A stretch of 64,000 bases of DNA from Lepidodermella squamata (Eukaryota > Animalia > Gastrotricha), in the NCBI GenBank assembly GCA_047495785.1, contig JBLDXI010000048.1, positions 1,178,001-1,242,000 on the forward strand, given 5' to 3'. Shown in pieces: positions 35,268 to 48,300 of the stretch; position 1 is the first letter of the stretch; every line of letters begins with the position of its first letter. The notes under the pieces are model-generated. The model was given only the letters and a program-made list of their open reading frames with translations. It was not told where the DNA came from and did not search any database. The position numbers and the translations under genes were made by a program.

Positions 35268-38200
35268 TTCGAGTTTGTGAAAAACAAACTTTTTTAAAGA
35301 AAACGTTTGATGCAGAGTGATGTGTGGGATGTGTTTACTTAGCTTCCCACCCCTCAAACAAAGTTTCGCAAAATGATCATGCTATTGCAGTTTTGAGACT
35401 TGAAACCATCCATGATTCATTGAACATGAGCTATTTTGATCAATCGCGGAGCAATTGCCCAAGTAATCATTTAAGGAATTGATCCTCATTAGATGTTCTA
35501 TGTAAATTGCTTGGATCGTGTGATCAATCGGCGATTAAATATCACAAAATTGATCCAAGTTTGATCTTTACTGTTTTTTCGTATTTTTTGATCTATATAA
35601 AAGATCTATTTTTGATCAGATTTTCACCGTTTTTTCCGGAGCGAGGTATCTACCGATTTTAAGGTCAAGCGTTTTACCGTTATTTTTGCGTCTCATTTAT
35701 TCATTTATTTATACTCACTAAAATAATGTTTACCCGTGCGTCGTTTCAAGTGACACTTCAGAGTGCACAGTTTGTTTTCACATGAAAATGATCCATCATA
35801 ATATCGTTCATTTTGCTACTAATTGCGCTTTCATCATGCGCAGAGTACAGGTAGGAATGCGACACAGTCGGTAATAAATAACAATAATAATTATTTCTCG
35901 TCATTTATATGAAGATGACACGTTCAAATAACGGCGAGTTTACTCAGCAGATGATACGCTGTTGAAATAGCTAGAATGGTTAGCTACCTAAATAAGGACC
36001 TAGCATGCGATAAGAATAATTGACATGTCGCATTTGGCACGTACAACCGGTAAAGCGGTAAGAAGTTTTCAAGCAAATGACAGCGTGGATGATGAGGAAA
36101 ATAAACGAACGGTATCAAAGCTGATGGAACAAATAACCACAAAAAATTGAGCATCCAGCTTAATAAAAAGTATTCCCATATTCATGTCCCAATGCTGAGT
36201 TGACAAAGAGTACTGCCGAATTCATGGGCTAGAAATGGCTAATATGGCCCCTCTATTTGTACTTTGTTAATATTTCGATGACATTTGGTTTCATGAATTT
36301 GATCCTTATTTGATCTTGTGGGGTTTCGCACTCAAATTCTGTTTGTTTGAAAACAAGTGTAGACTTTTTATCATCTTTCATCTTTCAGGTCATTAAGTTT
36401 GATGTTTTTTCCGATTAGGACACTCTTTGGCTCCTTTGATAGGTCACGCATATTATTTGTAGCCACCTTAATTTTGCAAATATTTTTTCGCACCTCGCAA
36501 GTGATTTGATGGAAAAACAAACACGGCGATGAACAAAATTAAGTGCCGTAATATTACGGTTCAGTAAAATAGCCCATTGACGTCAGCGATCGCATGTACT
36601 CTAATTGCGTGAAAGGGCCGGCTATTAAAAATGTTGTTAAAACTATTTGTCACTAAATATATAAGAGAGCGCGAGCAGCGATCATCTTCTATTCCTGCTC
36701 GTTCAAGCGTGACGGACATGGCATTAAATAATCGCTGTTTTATTTTTGCTCACTCTCAAGAAATTCAAGTCCAATAAATCAGCCTTGACCTATTTCACCA
36801 CCTCATACTGCGATTTTTCTGTTTTGTCCATTTTTGTATTTGTTGAATAAACCGTGAGATATTCGATTTTTATCTCAACCAGACAGTACCTATACCATCT
36901 ACCATTTTATGAATGAAGGTAAACATTGATTCACATTAGCGAAAATGTTGTGGAAAAAGGCCGAATCGCGCGGTCTTATTTGTAAACATATATTTTGTAA
37001 CGAGTGTTACATAAATTATTATTGGTAAATACCGTTTCGCCTCGATTAGTTGCGCAGAAATAGATAGCACAGAAAAGCGATCGCTGTTGATAGCAAGGTA
37101 TCACATTTTTGTTTCGGTTTCATTCGAGCTATTATCATAGATAAGGCTAACGCTTCTTCTTGTTATTCCCCAGAATACTTTTGTATTTGCGCTTCAATCT
37201 CTGGTTATACACAAAAAATGAGGTTATTTCCCATTAATATTGAGCTGAATGCTGAAGGCTATTTTTTTGTCCAGCTGACAAGTCCACCTTAAAAATGGTT
37301 TTTATCAATATTTACCCTGCTAACTGACATATCGATCATTTTTTCTCGCGTCATCTCGAGCCAGTATCATACTCTGGACTAAAAAAGCGATGATTGTATT
37401 ACTTTTTCAAGTGTCGCATTTGCTCATACCTGCGTGCCAATTTAGACGGGCGGTAGTTTGATGACAAAAGCGAGCGACATCTTATACTCGGCGACTGTAA
37501 TATATTTTATTGGATATTAAACGCTGTGTCAACTTACAACTACTACCTACATTTATTACGACAGGGACATAACGCGTGCGATTTATTATTAATAGCCCAA
37601 TAGTATAATATGAAGTATAGGATAGGGTTATCAAAAGGCGCCGATCTCGTATAATTGTTGTCATCAACACACTTTTGTGTATTAGATTGAAATATCGAAC
37701 AGATCACCCTGTGCCGCGTACAACACACCCTGCTCTACTACGACAGGTGATATTATTGTTTTCTAATTGTTTTCGTAACACATTTTACGCTTTCAATCAA
37801 AAAGGTATATAATCGCGCACACAGGGACGCCACACACTTGCGCGCGTGTGATAATAATAAAAACCGCGCGCGCGCTGGGTGCGCGCAATATCCGCATCCT
37901 ATAAACGCGATTTTATAGTTGTCATTTTCTTTGTTATTCTAATAATTATTATATCAAGTTATATATTGCACCACCGCTGACCCACACCGGTGAATATTAC
38001 ATCCTATATACAAACCCAACTACAAATTTTAGTCACCCTTTCATTTGAAGAACCACCTGTTGTTCGTCAACAAACTCGAAATATTTTCAGAATTTTCTCA
38101 CGCCCGTGCTAATTTTTCTTGTTATCTTTTAATTTTCTCAACATTCGTCCGCTAATTTTTGGGAGAGTTCAGAGTTAAACAATGCATTGAGAACGGCTGT

Positions 38201-41200
38201 TTTTCGCCTCGTTCTGTCGTTGAAAAGGCACGTCTTTTATAATTAAGGAGGCCAACTTTTCAGCTTTTTCAAAGAATGGAAAATTTTCTCTCGCCTCTCG
38301 TCAATAATAGCGAGAAAATTCTTACAATTTAATGAAACGTTGCTCTCTTGAATAGATTTTTCAAAATTTTAAGGCAGAGACATGGTAATATATTACGTTT
38401 GGAAACAAGCCATGAAAAAATTAACAAATTTTCAGTATATTTCTCTTTATTTATATAGGAATTATAGAAATTTATAGAAAGGAGAAAATTATAGGAAATA
38501 TTAGAAATTAAAGTAATCCTAAACCCTTAATCCTAATGTTCGTACCCCGTCTCTTCACATCATTCGAACTGATTTTCTAATGTCTTGCTGATAGAATATT
38601 CAAACCAAAAATTTGGAAATTTATAGTTATCTTTTTAATTTTTTAATTTTATTAATTTATGCAAAAATCTTTTCAAATCCTGTAATTTTTTGGATGAATC
38701 ACCCTCATATTTTTAATCCTATATTCTAAGCGATTGTCCTCGTTTTTGCCCCATTTTTAAATTTTTTATATAAGATTTTTTATAGCAAAATCGTGGATTT
38801 TTTTCCTCTATTGTTATATTATTTTTATTGCGCCAGTGATAGCGGTAATTATTTGTTCAAGGCATGATTTTCGATCTTAACTCGCGATAACCTTCAACGA
38901 TATCTTCTATCATCATCTCATACAATTTCCTATATGATCCTGTATCATCATCGCAAGCTTATACCTTGTTCACTGTAACGAGTTTGGTTAGTCTTGCCCG
39001 GCGCCTTATCACCGCCTTGTTTGCCGCCTGTGCGCGTGTTCTTTGCCTTTCGCGCCCCGTTTTGTTATTGTTTTGGCATCTCACGGCGCTGCGTTTTAGT
39101 TTTATACCGAAACGATCGCTGAATATGCAAAATTTGCCCGTGATAATACAATAATAATTATTATATTATTCGTTCCACTGCTAATAACACATTTCCGCGC
39201 CTTTTTGCTATAACTACTACCGAAGGCTATTACCATTGAAAACTGGAAAGTAGCCGGCAACGTAGTAGCAGTAGTAGGATACAATATATATATTATAGCA
39301 ATTATTTATCCAAGGTTTTTGATACTCGGCTTGTATTGTATACTGTGCATCCACCCTAAGCCGTGTTTATAGCCTAGCTTACGAGTTTATTAAGGCAAAT
39401 GTTATTATTAGCCGGGCGGACAGTAGACGCGCGGCTCTCGCGCGGGATATAGATACATTAAGCGCCCGGTCCAATTAACCAACTCGACCCAATTAGAAAT
39501 TTACAAGTCGGGTATATTATATGCTCAGGGTTGGTGGTGGTATATACCAAACGCGGCGCCGTCTTGTGTATTAGAAACCGTTATTTATACTGTTACTTGC
39601 CGGCTTAATACTTGAGCGTTTTCCTAGTCCCAAACTGAAGCTAAAAGCAAACTATGACCCAGCGTAAAATTGACCTCATAATCCCTTGATTTTTTGCTAA
39701 TAATCGGCCCTTTAATAATCTATCTATTACCAGATTGCATTTTTTCATTCGCTCATTGAATGATGCGATTGGATAATTAGGATAGTAAAAGAAAGAATTT
39801 AGAACTATAATTACGCTTTTGGAATTTTTTAAGATATTTCGGATACCTAATTGTTTAATAGCAAAGGCAATTTTTTGCAATGTATAGCCCTTAATCAGCC
39901 GGAGAAAAAAAATTCCAGAAAAAATTCTGTATTTTTCATTTTTGCATTTTTACGACCAAATGACCAACATTTTTATTCCTCCAAAAACCATAGAAATATT
40001 AGCGCTCAATTTCATTTGGAAGGCTAAGGCTAATTAGGATTCTTCTGATTGTCAACGGATAAATCAGAATTTTTTTCCAATTTTCGGAAATTTATTCGTG
40101 TTCCACTTTTCTTTTTTCTGAAGCGGTGCCAATTTTCAATTTATTTTTATGGTAAACTTACATGTGCCGGGGCCAAATTGGAAACGTTTATTAATCAATA
40201 ATGTGAATCACTTTGGCTTTTCGGCTGCCTCAAAAATTCCAGTCGTTGATGATTCATCAAAATTTTACCATAATTTGGCGACTGATTTTTGGTGCTTGTC
40301 AAATTTTTGTCCCAAAATTCTGTTAAAATCTAAAAATTATACAGGAACCAAGAAATGCCGATAAACTAGAAGAGAATTCCTTATTGGATTCTTATAAAAG
40401 AGGAACCAATTGAAATCTGGATGAATCATCATCGATTCGGATTTTTAGCGCTCAACATCGAAATTGAACTTCAAATTCCATTTAAACCTGGAAAAAGTTG
40501 TTGATTATTCGAGTCGTCTATAGTTTGGCAGACCCATCGTTCGACATGGTAACATTTAAGATTATAGGAAAAGGCCCAAACCCCGTCTGTGTCCCCGATT
40601 ATCTCTTCCTGGGCCGTGGCAACGCAAATAACACACGCCGATATAAGTAGCGCAACATGTGATGCGTGCAAAATCGAGCCATTTTCAGCAGCAGCAGCAG
40701 GGTATACAGGCTGCGTATGACTCATTAGAATTTAGCCGTAGTGTATAAGAAGTAGGCTACGACTAATAATATCGGCATATAACGCTGCAACAACGCGCGC
40801 ATCTTTAACATGTGTCCTCAGTGGCGAAAGGAATTCAGTCCTATATAGGGCGGCTTAATTCTATGGCTCGCGAGGAAGAACAAGACAACAATTTTCATGG
40901 CGACTGGTCGGCTCTTCGACGAAATGTAAATAAAGACTAGCCAATATATATCTCGCGCATGATCAGCTGCCTCGTTATCTATACTAAGCCCCGTATAGTC
41001 ACCCTGCTGGCATAATTATTGTCATTATACTTATACACATAACGTCCCAATATATATATTTTCGTAAAACAATGCCGGCCTTTTTCACAACCGGTTGCTG
41101 CTTCATCTCGAGCAAAAAGATTTGATTATAACGATGCCCTAAACTCAATATAAATCTGAGACTGCCGGCTGTATAGAAGCCACTTTTATATTCAAATTTA

Positions 41201-44200
41201 TCATTAGGATTGGCTTTTGGTGCACATTTTTCGACGACTTAATTATTCAACAATTTTTCTCACCTTTTCAGTGCGGCTTTAGGTTTAAACCCCCTCCGTT
41301 ATATTATGGTCATTTTTTTCTTCCGCCATTTCGGCGCGACGACGACGATGATTGGAAGTATCCTCGGATTTTATTTATTCATAAATCGATGAAAATCCAC
41401 GCAAGTGCGCACCCTCTTGGTCCAGTATCATCCGCGCATGCCGAGATAATTATTATTCGAAAAAAACGTACCGAAAAATTCCTCGAATTTTTTTTTTCGG
41501 GCTGAAAATTTCTCGAAATTTTTGTTTATCGCGTTTGTGCGATTTGTGAAAAGTGGCCCTTGAACACGGCTTATTTTTAATGAATTACATTTTATCGCTT
41601 ATATAGGTACTTGAGCGCGTCGGCGAGTATAGCCGCGCGCATCATTATTACTACTGCTTTTGTTTTACTTACAACAAATTATTAGCTTTTTACGCGGTAT
41701 AGGTAAGTGTATAGAGTAAAAATCACGCCGGCGAAAACAACACACAATAATTTTTCAGCAAACAACAAAAATAACAATAAATTATCGGAAAAAAGACGAG
41801 CGCGCGTTATATACTTCATAGGCGGTCAGCACTCGACTCGCTCCGGTGAATGCGCGCTGCTATATCATCCATATCTACTACCGAAAAATTCATCTCTCGC
41901 TCGATCAAAAATCGCTCTCCTGTACTTGAGATTATACGATTATTATTACAAGGTATAAAAATGTATCGCAATATCTCACGGATCAAGTATATATGAAACG
42001 TTGAAATGATTAGCTGTCCGCGGTTTTTTTCGGTTATTTTTCCACCGTGAGGAAATGTTTGCGCATCATTTCTAGGTGCATCATACCTGGTTCTTATACC
42101 GCAAAAAAACCAGTGCGTCCCTAAAAATTATAATTTTTTTAAAATCGATTTCACACTTGCCCTTAGGGAATGTAGAATTTTGTTAAAATTTAAGAATTTT
42201 ATTTTAAAAAATTACTTCATTTTAAGGCGGCTTCTTTATTATTGAATATGTTGACGATTAAGAATCGAATTCGATTTTTCTCGAATGAAACCAATTTCCG
42301 ACACCAATTATGCCCGATTTTACCGGTGTTTAAGGTGGCCTCCAGTTGTTTGTTGCAACATGTTATAAATTTACAATAATATATATTACGCGCCTTTAAA
42401 ACGCGCGCGCCCGCCTGTTATTGTTGTTTCTTTTATTTCTATAATGCGGGGCAAAAAGTGCGCGCCATGTGCGCGATAACAGGCGCAATTTTTAAACGCT
42501 CGCCTCACCAACGCGCGATGTTACACATTACACATACTTATAGTATATCGGCTGCAAAATGGCCGGGGCGATTTTTCGTTGGATAAATAAATAAATAGGC
42601 CCACTTTACCCGAGCTTTTCACCAGGCCTTTTTCTAATATATATAAAGGTGCGTGTTTATTTCACCACCACTTCTTTCTAGGGTGTCCAGAGCATTATAA
42701 ATTACCATTTTTCGAGGAAATGAAATAATGGCGAGTGGATATTTTTTCTGAATTTTTTTCGTTGCGAGTTATGTTTGGATTAAGGTGGCGAAATATTTTC
42801 ATTTACTGCCAGTGCGTTTTTTGCGGCTATAGTACTGATTTTTGGTCGCGATTTCAGTGAGTCATCTCGCCATTTCCAAACTTGAGAATAGTTTGTCAAC
42901 AGAAGGCGAGGGCGAATAACGCTTCGCAAATTAGCCGAACGAAGCGCGCCAAATCATTGTTAGTGGTGATGATTGTTGTCGCTTAGTTAAGCCATGTCTT
43001 ATAGGCCATTTAATGCAGTGCGCGCGTCTCGCACGATATAACGCGCGCGCGCATATATTCCCAAAATATTGCCGATGAGCGATGAGCGATGATGATGACG
43101 ATAATAATTATTATTTATCATTCGATATATGAAAAGTTTCGAAGCGCCGATAACTATTTAACCGCGTTCATCGTCGCATGGCCGCCTTTTTGCGCGCACA
43201 ATTTAACGCTGCAAATATATGCTTGTCTTCTCGTCCTCCTTAAAATCGAAAGCCAGTAATAGTAAATAAATACTCTCGTAAATAATAATAACAATAATCT
43301 TGTCCCGTTCTTCCTCGTCGTGAAAATCATCCCGGCTTCTCGTCGTTCGATATAATAGCCCTGTAAATAACAAGAAAACGATGATTTTTGAATTTCGTCT
43401 TGTTTGTTATTATTTACTTATTCAATCAACCATGTCTTGTTTATTTTTCAGAAAAATATGTAATATGTCGCGACATGAGAATTTCTTTTTTTTTCGCATC
43501 GTTTGATTTTATAGGTCGGCTAATTATATTATTAATATCATGAATACTCTGCGATGGAATGTCAACAATGAATCGCATTAAATCCAGCAGTAAACACGGA
43601 AATGGAAATTTTTATACGCAATTTCCAGGTCTCTCATCTCAATCAAGCCATCAATCGGTTGATGATGATGATGATATATGAATTGCCTTTTTATTGTTGG
43701 TTTAAACTTGCGATTTATGAACCGACTCTTCTATATAGGTTAATTATTATGCCATAAATCTGCTACCAATTATGCAGGAAATGGGCAAATATTTAGGGCA
43801 CATAATTTTATTATTATTATTACTCTATTAGAGCAGGAATATTTTTATTCCTTTAGAAATTCGGCGGGAAGACATTACAGAAATATTTTTACCAGAAATT
43901 CCTCCTTAATCTTGTGTTTTTAGCACTGATTACACTAAAATTGTCCCTAGCGATCTAAATAAAACCGGAAAAATGTTGAAGAACTTGCGAATTCCGATGT
44001 CAACAATTTAACTTTATTCGCGTCGATTTTTTGCTGTCTCCGGGTAAAAAAACTCGTAATTTTATTCCTTAAGAGTTTTACGGCTTTTTGACATCGTTTC
44101 ACACTAAATTGTGACCTAATTACACCGCTCAACGCAGGCGATTTATAGAAAAAAGTTGCCCCATTTTATTTATTGATAGCAATAAAAACACGCCTTTTTG

Positions 44201-45382
44201 GTGTCACGAGCGCGATGATGATAGTAAGTAATAAAATCGATGAACCAGCCGCGATGTGTCGGCGGCGATTATTACATAGGACGGCCTGCTAAAAACACGG
44301 CCCATCTATCTATCTATCGCCGTTATACACATGTCAGCAACACTTGTGTATTGCGCGTAAAAATAAATAAAATGTAACGACAAATTTTCTAGCAACTTGG
44401 GAACTAAAATCTCAGCTTTTATTATTATTTGCACTGTCATTAATTTGTCCGGATTTTTTAGCCGCCACGTGTAGTTAATTCAAATGTATAAATAAATATA
44501 GGCTGTATAGGGGAGACACCTTTTACCTGTAGCCTATTCAATAATTTATTGCAAAAATTTACTAACAATGGGCGGACGTGCTGCATAGGATATGATTATG
44601 ACTTTTGTCACTCAGCGGGTAGTAAATAATAACAAATCGCTGGCCTGTAAATTTGCGGCTGCTGCTGCAGCCGTGATGATGTCATCGCTTTCGCTTGATC
44701 GATTCGTGCGACTCGGCGTGAAAGTTCACGGCGCGTCTAATCTCAGCGGCGCGCGCATTTTGTACAACCATGCGATTAGCCGTGTGCCTGTATGCGCGTA
44801 CTGGGAGCTAATTCATGTCGGCGATTTTTATTCACATTACAGCAAAAAATTCCAAGGTTTTTTTTGTATGTTCATGAGCCGCGAAGACAGGTAAAGTTTA
44901 CGCACCGGTGAATTTATATTGCGATTTTTGTCCATTTTTTGTTGATAATTATAATTTTGTCGGTTTTGTGAACCGTAAAATGAGTGCGGAGTTCAAAAAT
45001 GTTTCAAAAATGATTTTTTGAACGAATTTTTTGCAATTTATTAGTTCTATAGCTGGAATTTTCTATATTTTTAAATTACAAATTTTTCTGAATTTTTTTC
45101 CGTAAATTTGGCTAATTAATTAAATTGACCGATTTAAATTTCAATTGACACAATTGAATTTTTCATTTTTACTAGATTTAATTTAATTAATAAAATGATG
45201 CATTGACTGTTAATCTATGCAACACATTCGCGGTAACAAATTTTCGTCGACGACGCAGACGCGACGCAAATCGGCTGTGACAAGTTGATGCTGCTCAACT
45301 CAAACACAACTCGAAAAAGAAGTCGTCTTATGCAATCGCAGCAAATCTTATTTGATTTTGCTCTCTCATTAACACTATCATC

Positions 45383-48300
45383 ATGCAAATGCGCGACACG
45401 CTTTATCACCTGAAGGAGCAGTCATCGTCCAGTAGTGTCAAGCATTTGAAAATTCGCCCGGCCGATTCGTGGTGGTGGCGGCGGTGGTCTTGTTGTCTGT
45501 CCAACGCCCAGCGCTACTCGATTTTCTGCCTTATTTTACTACTCTATTTTTGCGGCTGTCAAGCTGAGGTTTACACGTTTTCGGGCGAGGACTCGTTCGC
45601 GCGCCTGCCGGAATGGCGGCCTTGCGCTGACAGTCGGCTTCAGTTTCGATTCCGCACCCGATCTGAGCATGGCCTCGTTTTCTACGCCGATGATGGCGAC
45701 AAGGAGTACATATACCTTAAATTATATCAAGGTGAGGTTTTCGCTTATTTTTTTCCGTCTGCGATAGAGAATATTTTTACTACTCAAAATTAAGGTGGAA
45801 TTTTAGAAAGTTCAATTTGACCTACTTTCTAATTTTGACCCATTTGTTATCCTAATTGTCTCAACTCAAGTTTCGATTATCTAATTTGAGGCTAAATTGC
45901 GAAAAACCGCAAGTATCCCACCGGAATCCATCCCTGGTAATTGTCCAACTTCCCATCGCTGGGGATACTTTCCCTCAGGGGTATGAATATTTGGCAAAAA
46001 ATATATTTTAATTATAGAAAAAATGCCGCTATAAATTTCAGAAAGATATGAAATAAAATTGAAAAAATTAATTATGTCAGTCATTATTCAGCTTTCATCC
46101 AATTATAATTTTTGAAAAATGTCATATTTTTTCTGCTACCAGGCTCGTTACATTTACGATTGCGATTAAACCCGGCACAAGTCGATGACGTCCTAATACG
46201 CGCCGGCTATTCGACCACCTTAACCGACAACGCATGGCACAACGTCGAGGTTCGGCGAAGCGGAAAAGACACGTTCTTAATCGTCGACGAAGAACAACGA
46301 AAACGGTTCTTCGAACCCGGCGCAACCGAAGATTACTACCTGGGCGCGCCGGGTAACAGCGCGTACCGCCGGCCTAATCAGCTGTACTTTGGCGGCCTCA
46401 ATCGCAGTGTGTTGCTTCAAGACGTCGCGTTGCCTGTCATTGTTCATGAACCTCGGTTTCGCGGCTCGATAGCGAATGTCTCGTTTTCGAACTGCAGTGG
46501 TCCGTTGAGGCGGGTGCGCATGCTGGAGAGCAAGGGCGTGCGCGTGTCGGATGCGGCGCATGATTGCGTGCGCACGACGTGTTTAAATGGCGGCGCCTGT
46601 TTTGTTGATTTGGCGGATTTTTCGGAGAAATGCGACTGCAGCCAGACTATGTTCGATGGCGACTACTGCGATCAACGTAAGACTCTTAATTCCTAGCTAA
46701 ATTTCGATAATTGAAACCGGGAAACATTGAGAAATTATGGAGAAATTTATTTAAAAAATTCAGAAAAAAATTCCAAATAATCCTACTTGAAAATTAATAT
46801 CGGCACTTGATCCGCCTTAAAATGGTTCTTAAATGGGAATTTTCGTCTTTTTTTAGCTCGTAAATACGCTGAAGCTACATTTTACGGCAACGGTTACCTG
46901 TCCTATGGCTTGGACTATTTAGACGGGAAGCCTTTTCTATCAGTTGCCGATGAGGTCTCGCTATACTTCAAAACAAAGCAATCCGACGGCCTGCTATTCT
47001 ACAGTGGTGATTTAACCGACAGTTTGATCATAGCCCTGCGAAAAGGAACAATATGGGTGTCGTTAATGCTGGCTGGCGAAACTTCAGAAATGTCAGTCGA
47101 TGCGGCGCAGACAGGCCTCGGAGCTGCATCAGGTGGTTCTGACGCCTCAACAGGTGGCGCTTCTGGGGTACCAGCTAACCCGTCTCGCTTCGATGACGAC
47201 CAGTGGTACTGGTTACGCGTGAAGCGGCAGGTCAAAGAGGTAGGAAAAAATCGGAAGAATATCGAAATTTTTTTATTCACGAAAAAAGTGACAAATCCTA
47301 ACCTGAATTTTCGCAATTTTCCCGTCTCAATTTTTTGTTATTTTTTTTATTTGTTACTACAACTACTTTTCCTATTCCAAACTGTGCACTTTCACATTAT
47401 AGCTGGAAAATGGCCTCAAGGCCATTGCTGAGGTATGTTTCAAAAAAACATAATTTCCCGCGATTTTTTCGGTGGAAAATGGCTTACAGTCGAGTTGAAC
47501 AAGCTGTGTTACTTTTTGGTGTTTTATGTGTCGATAAAAAATTTGCCATTTTACACGCCTTTGGTATATCGGTTCTTGCTTGTCAATGTCTATTTTATTA
47601 CCGTTATTTTATGCGAAAAAAATTTGGAAGCGCATTTTTTTAATTATTCCCCGCCTTTCATTTGCTGCTTCGTGTGGGTCAATTTTTTTTTCTTGGCAAC
47701 GGGATTTTTTGGTAACTAAGGACGCATATTTCAAACTCCATGGCAACGCGGCTATTTTTTGCGCTCAAAATCACCCGAATCCATAAATATTATTGTCGAT
47801 GTAAAGTGGCATGCTAGTAAAATTTGGAAGAATAAAAAATCAATCACCAGGTGTTTTCGGAGATATCTCTTGCACTCAAAAAAAATTACCGCACCTTTTC
47901 GATGTAGTTATATAAAAATTGCGCACCGAGTATATTATTATCGCGCCTGCTTAATAGATGTTGTCTATAAATATGCGAAAAAATTGTCTGTAGAATGCTC
48001 TTCAATCGCTTTCAGTCGAGCAAATTTGTCGTTGTTTCAACTCAATTTTTTCTTAAATTTTTATAAAATTCCATTTTTTCCAGGTCGAAGTGCTGGTTAG
48101 GTCGTCTCGGCAGCAAGATTTCGCTGTTCGAAAAGTCGGCACCTTCGTCGGCCGGTTGACATTCCTCCGCAGCCGCATCATCTACGTAGGCGGGTCGGAA
48201 TCGAACGCGGCCTTGACCGCAAATCGGGTGCGCGCAAATTTCCGCGGCTGCCTTAAACAGGTCATTTACAAAGCCGACGCAATTTCGCTCGACGTGCTTG

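Noticed and set aside
40471-40725. Minus-strand 84-aa ORF with a hydrophobic stretch
   Set aside because: Short, no recognisable domain and no supporting exon structure.
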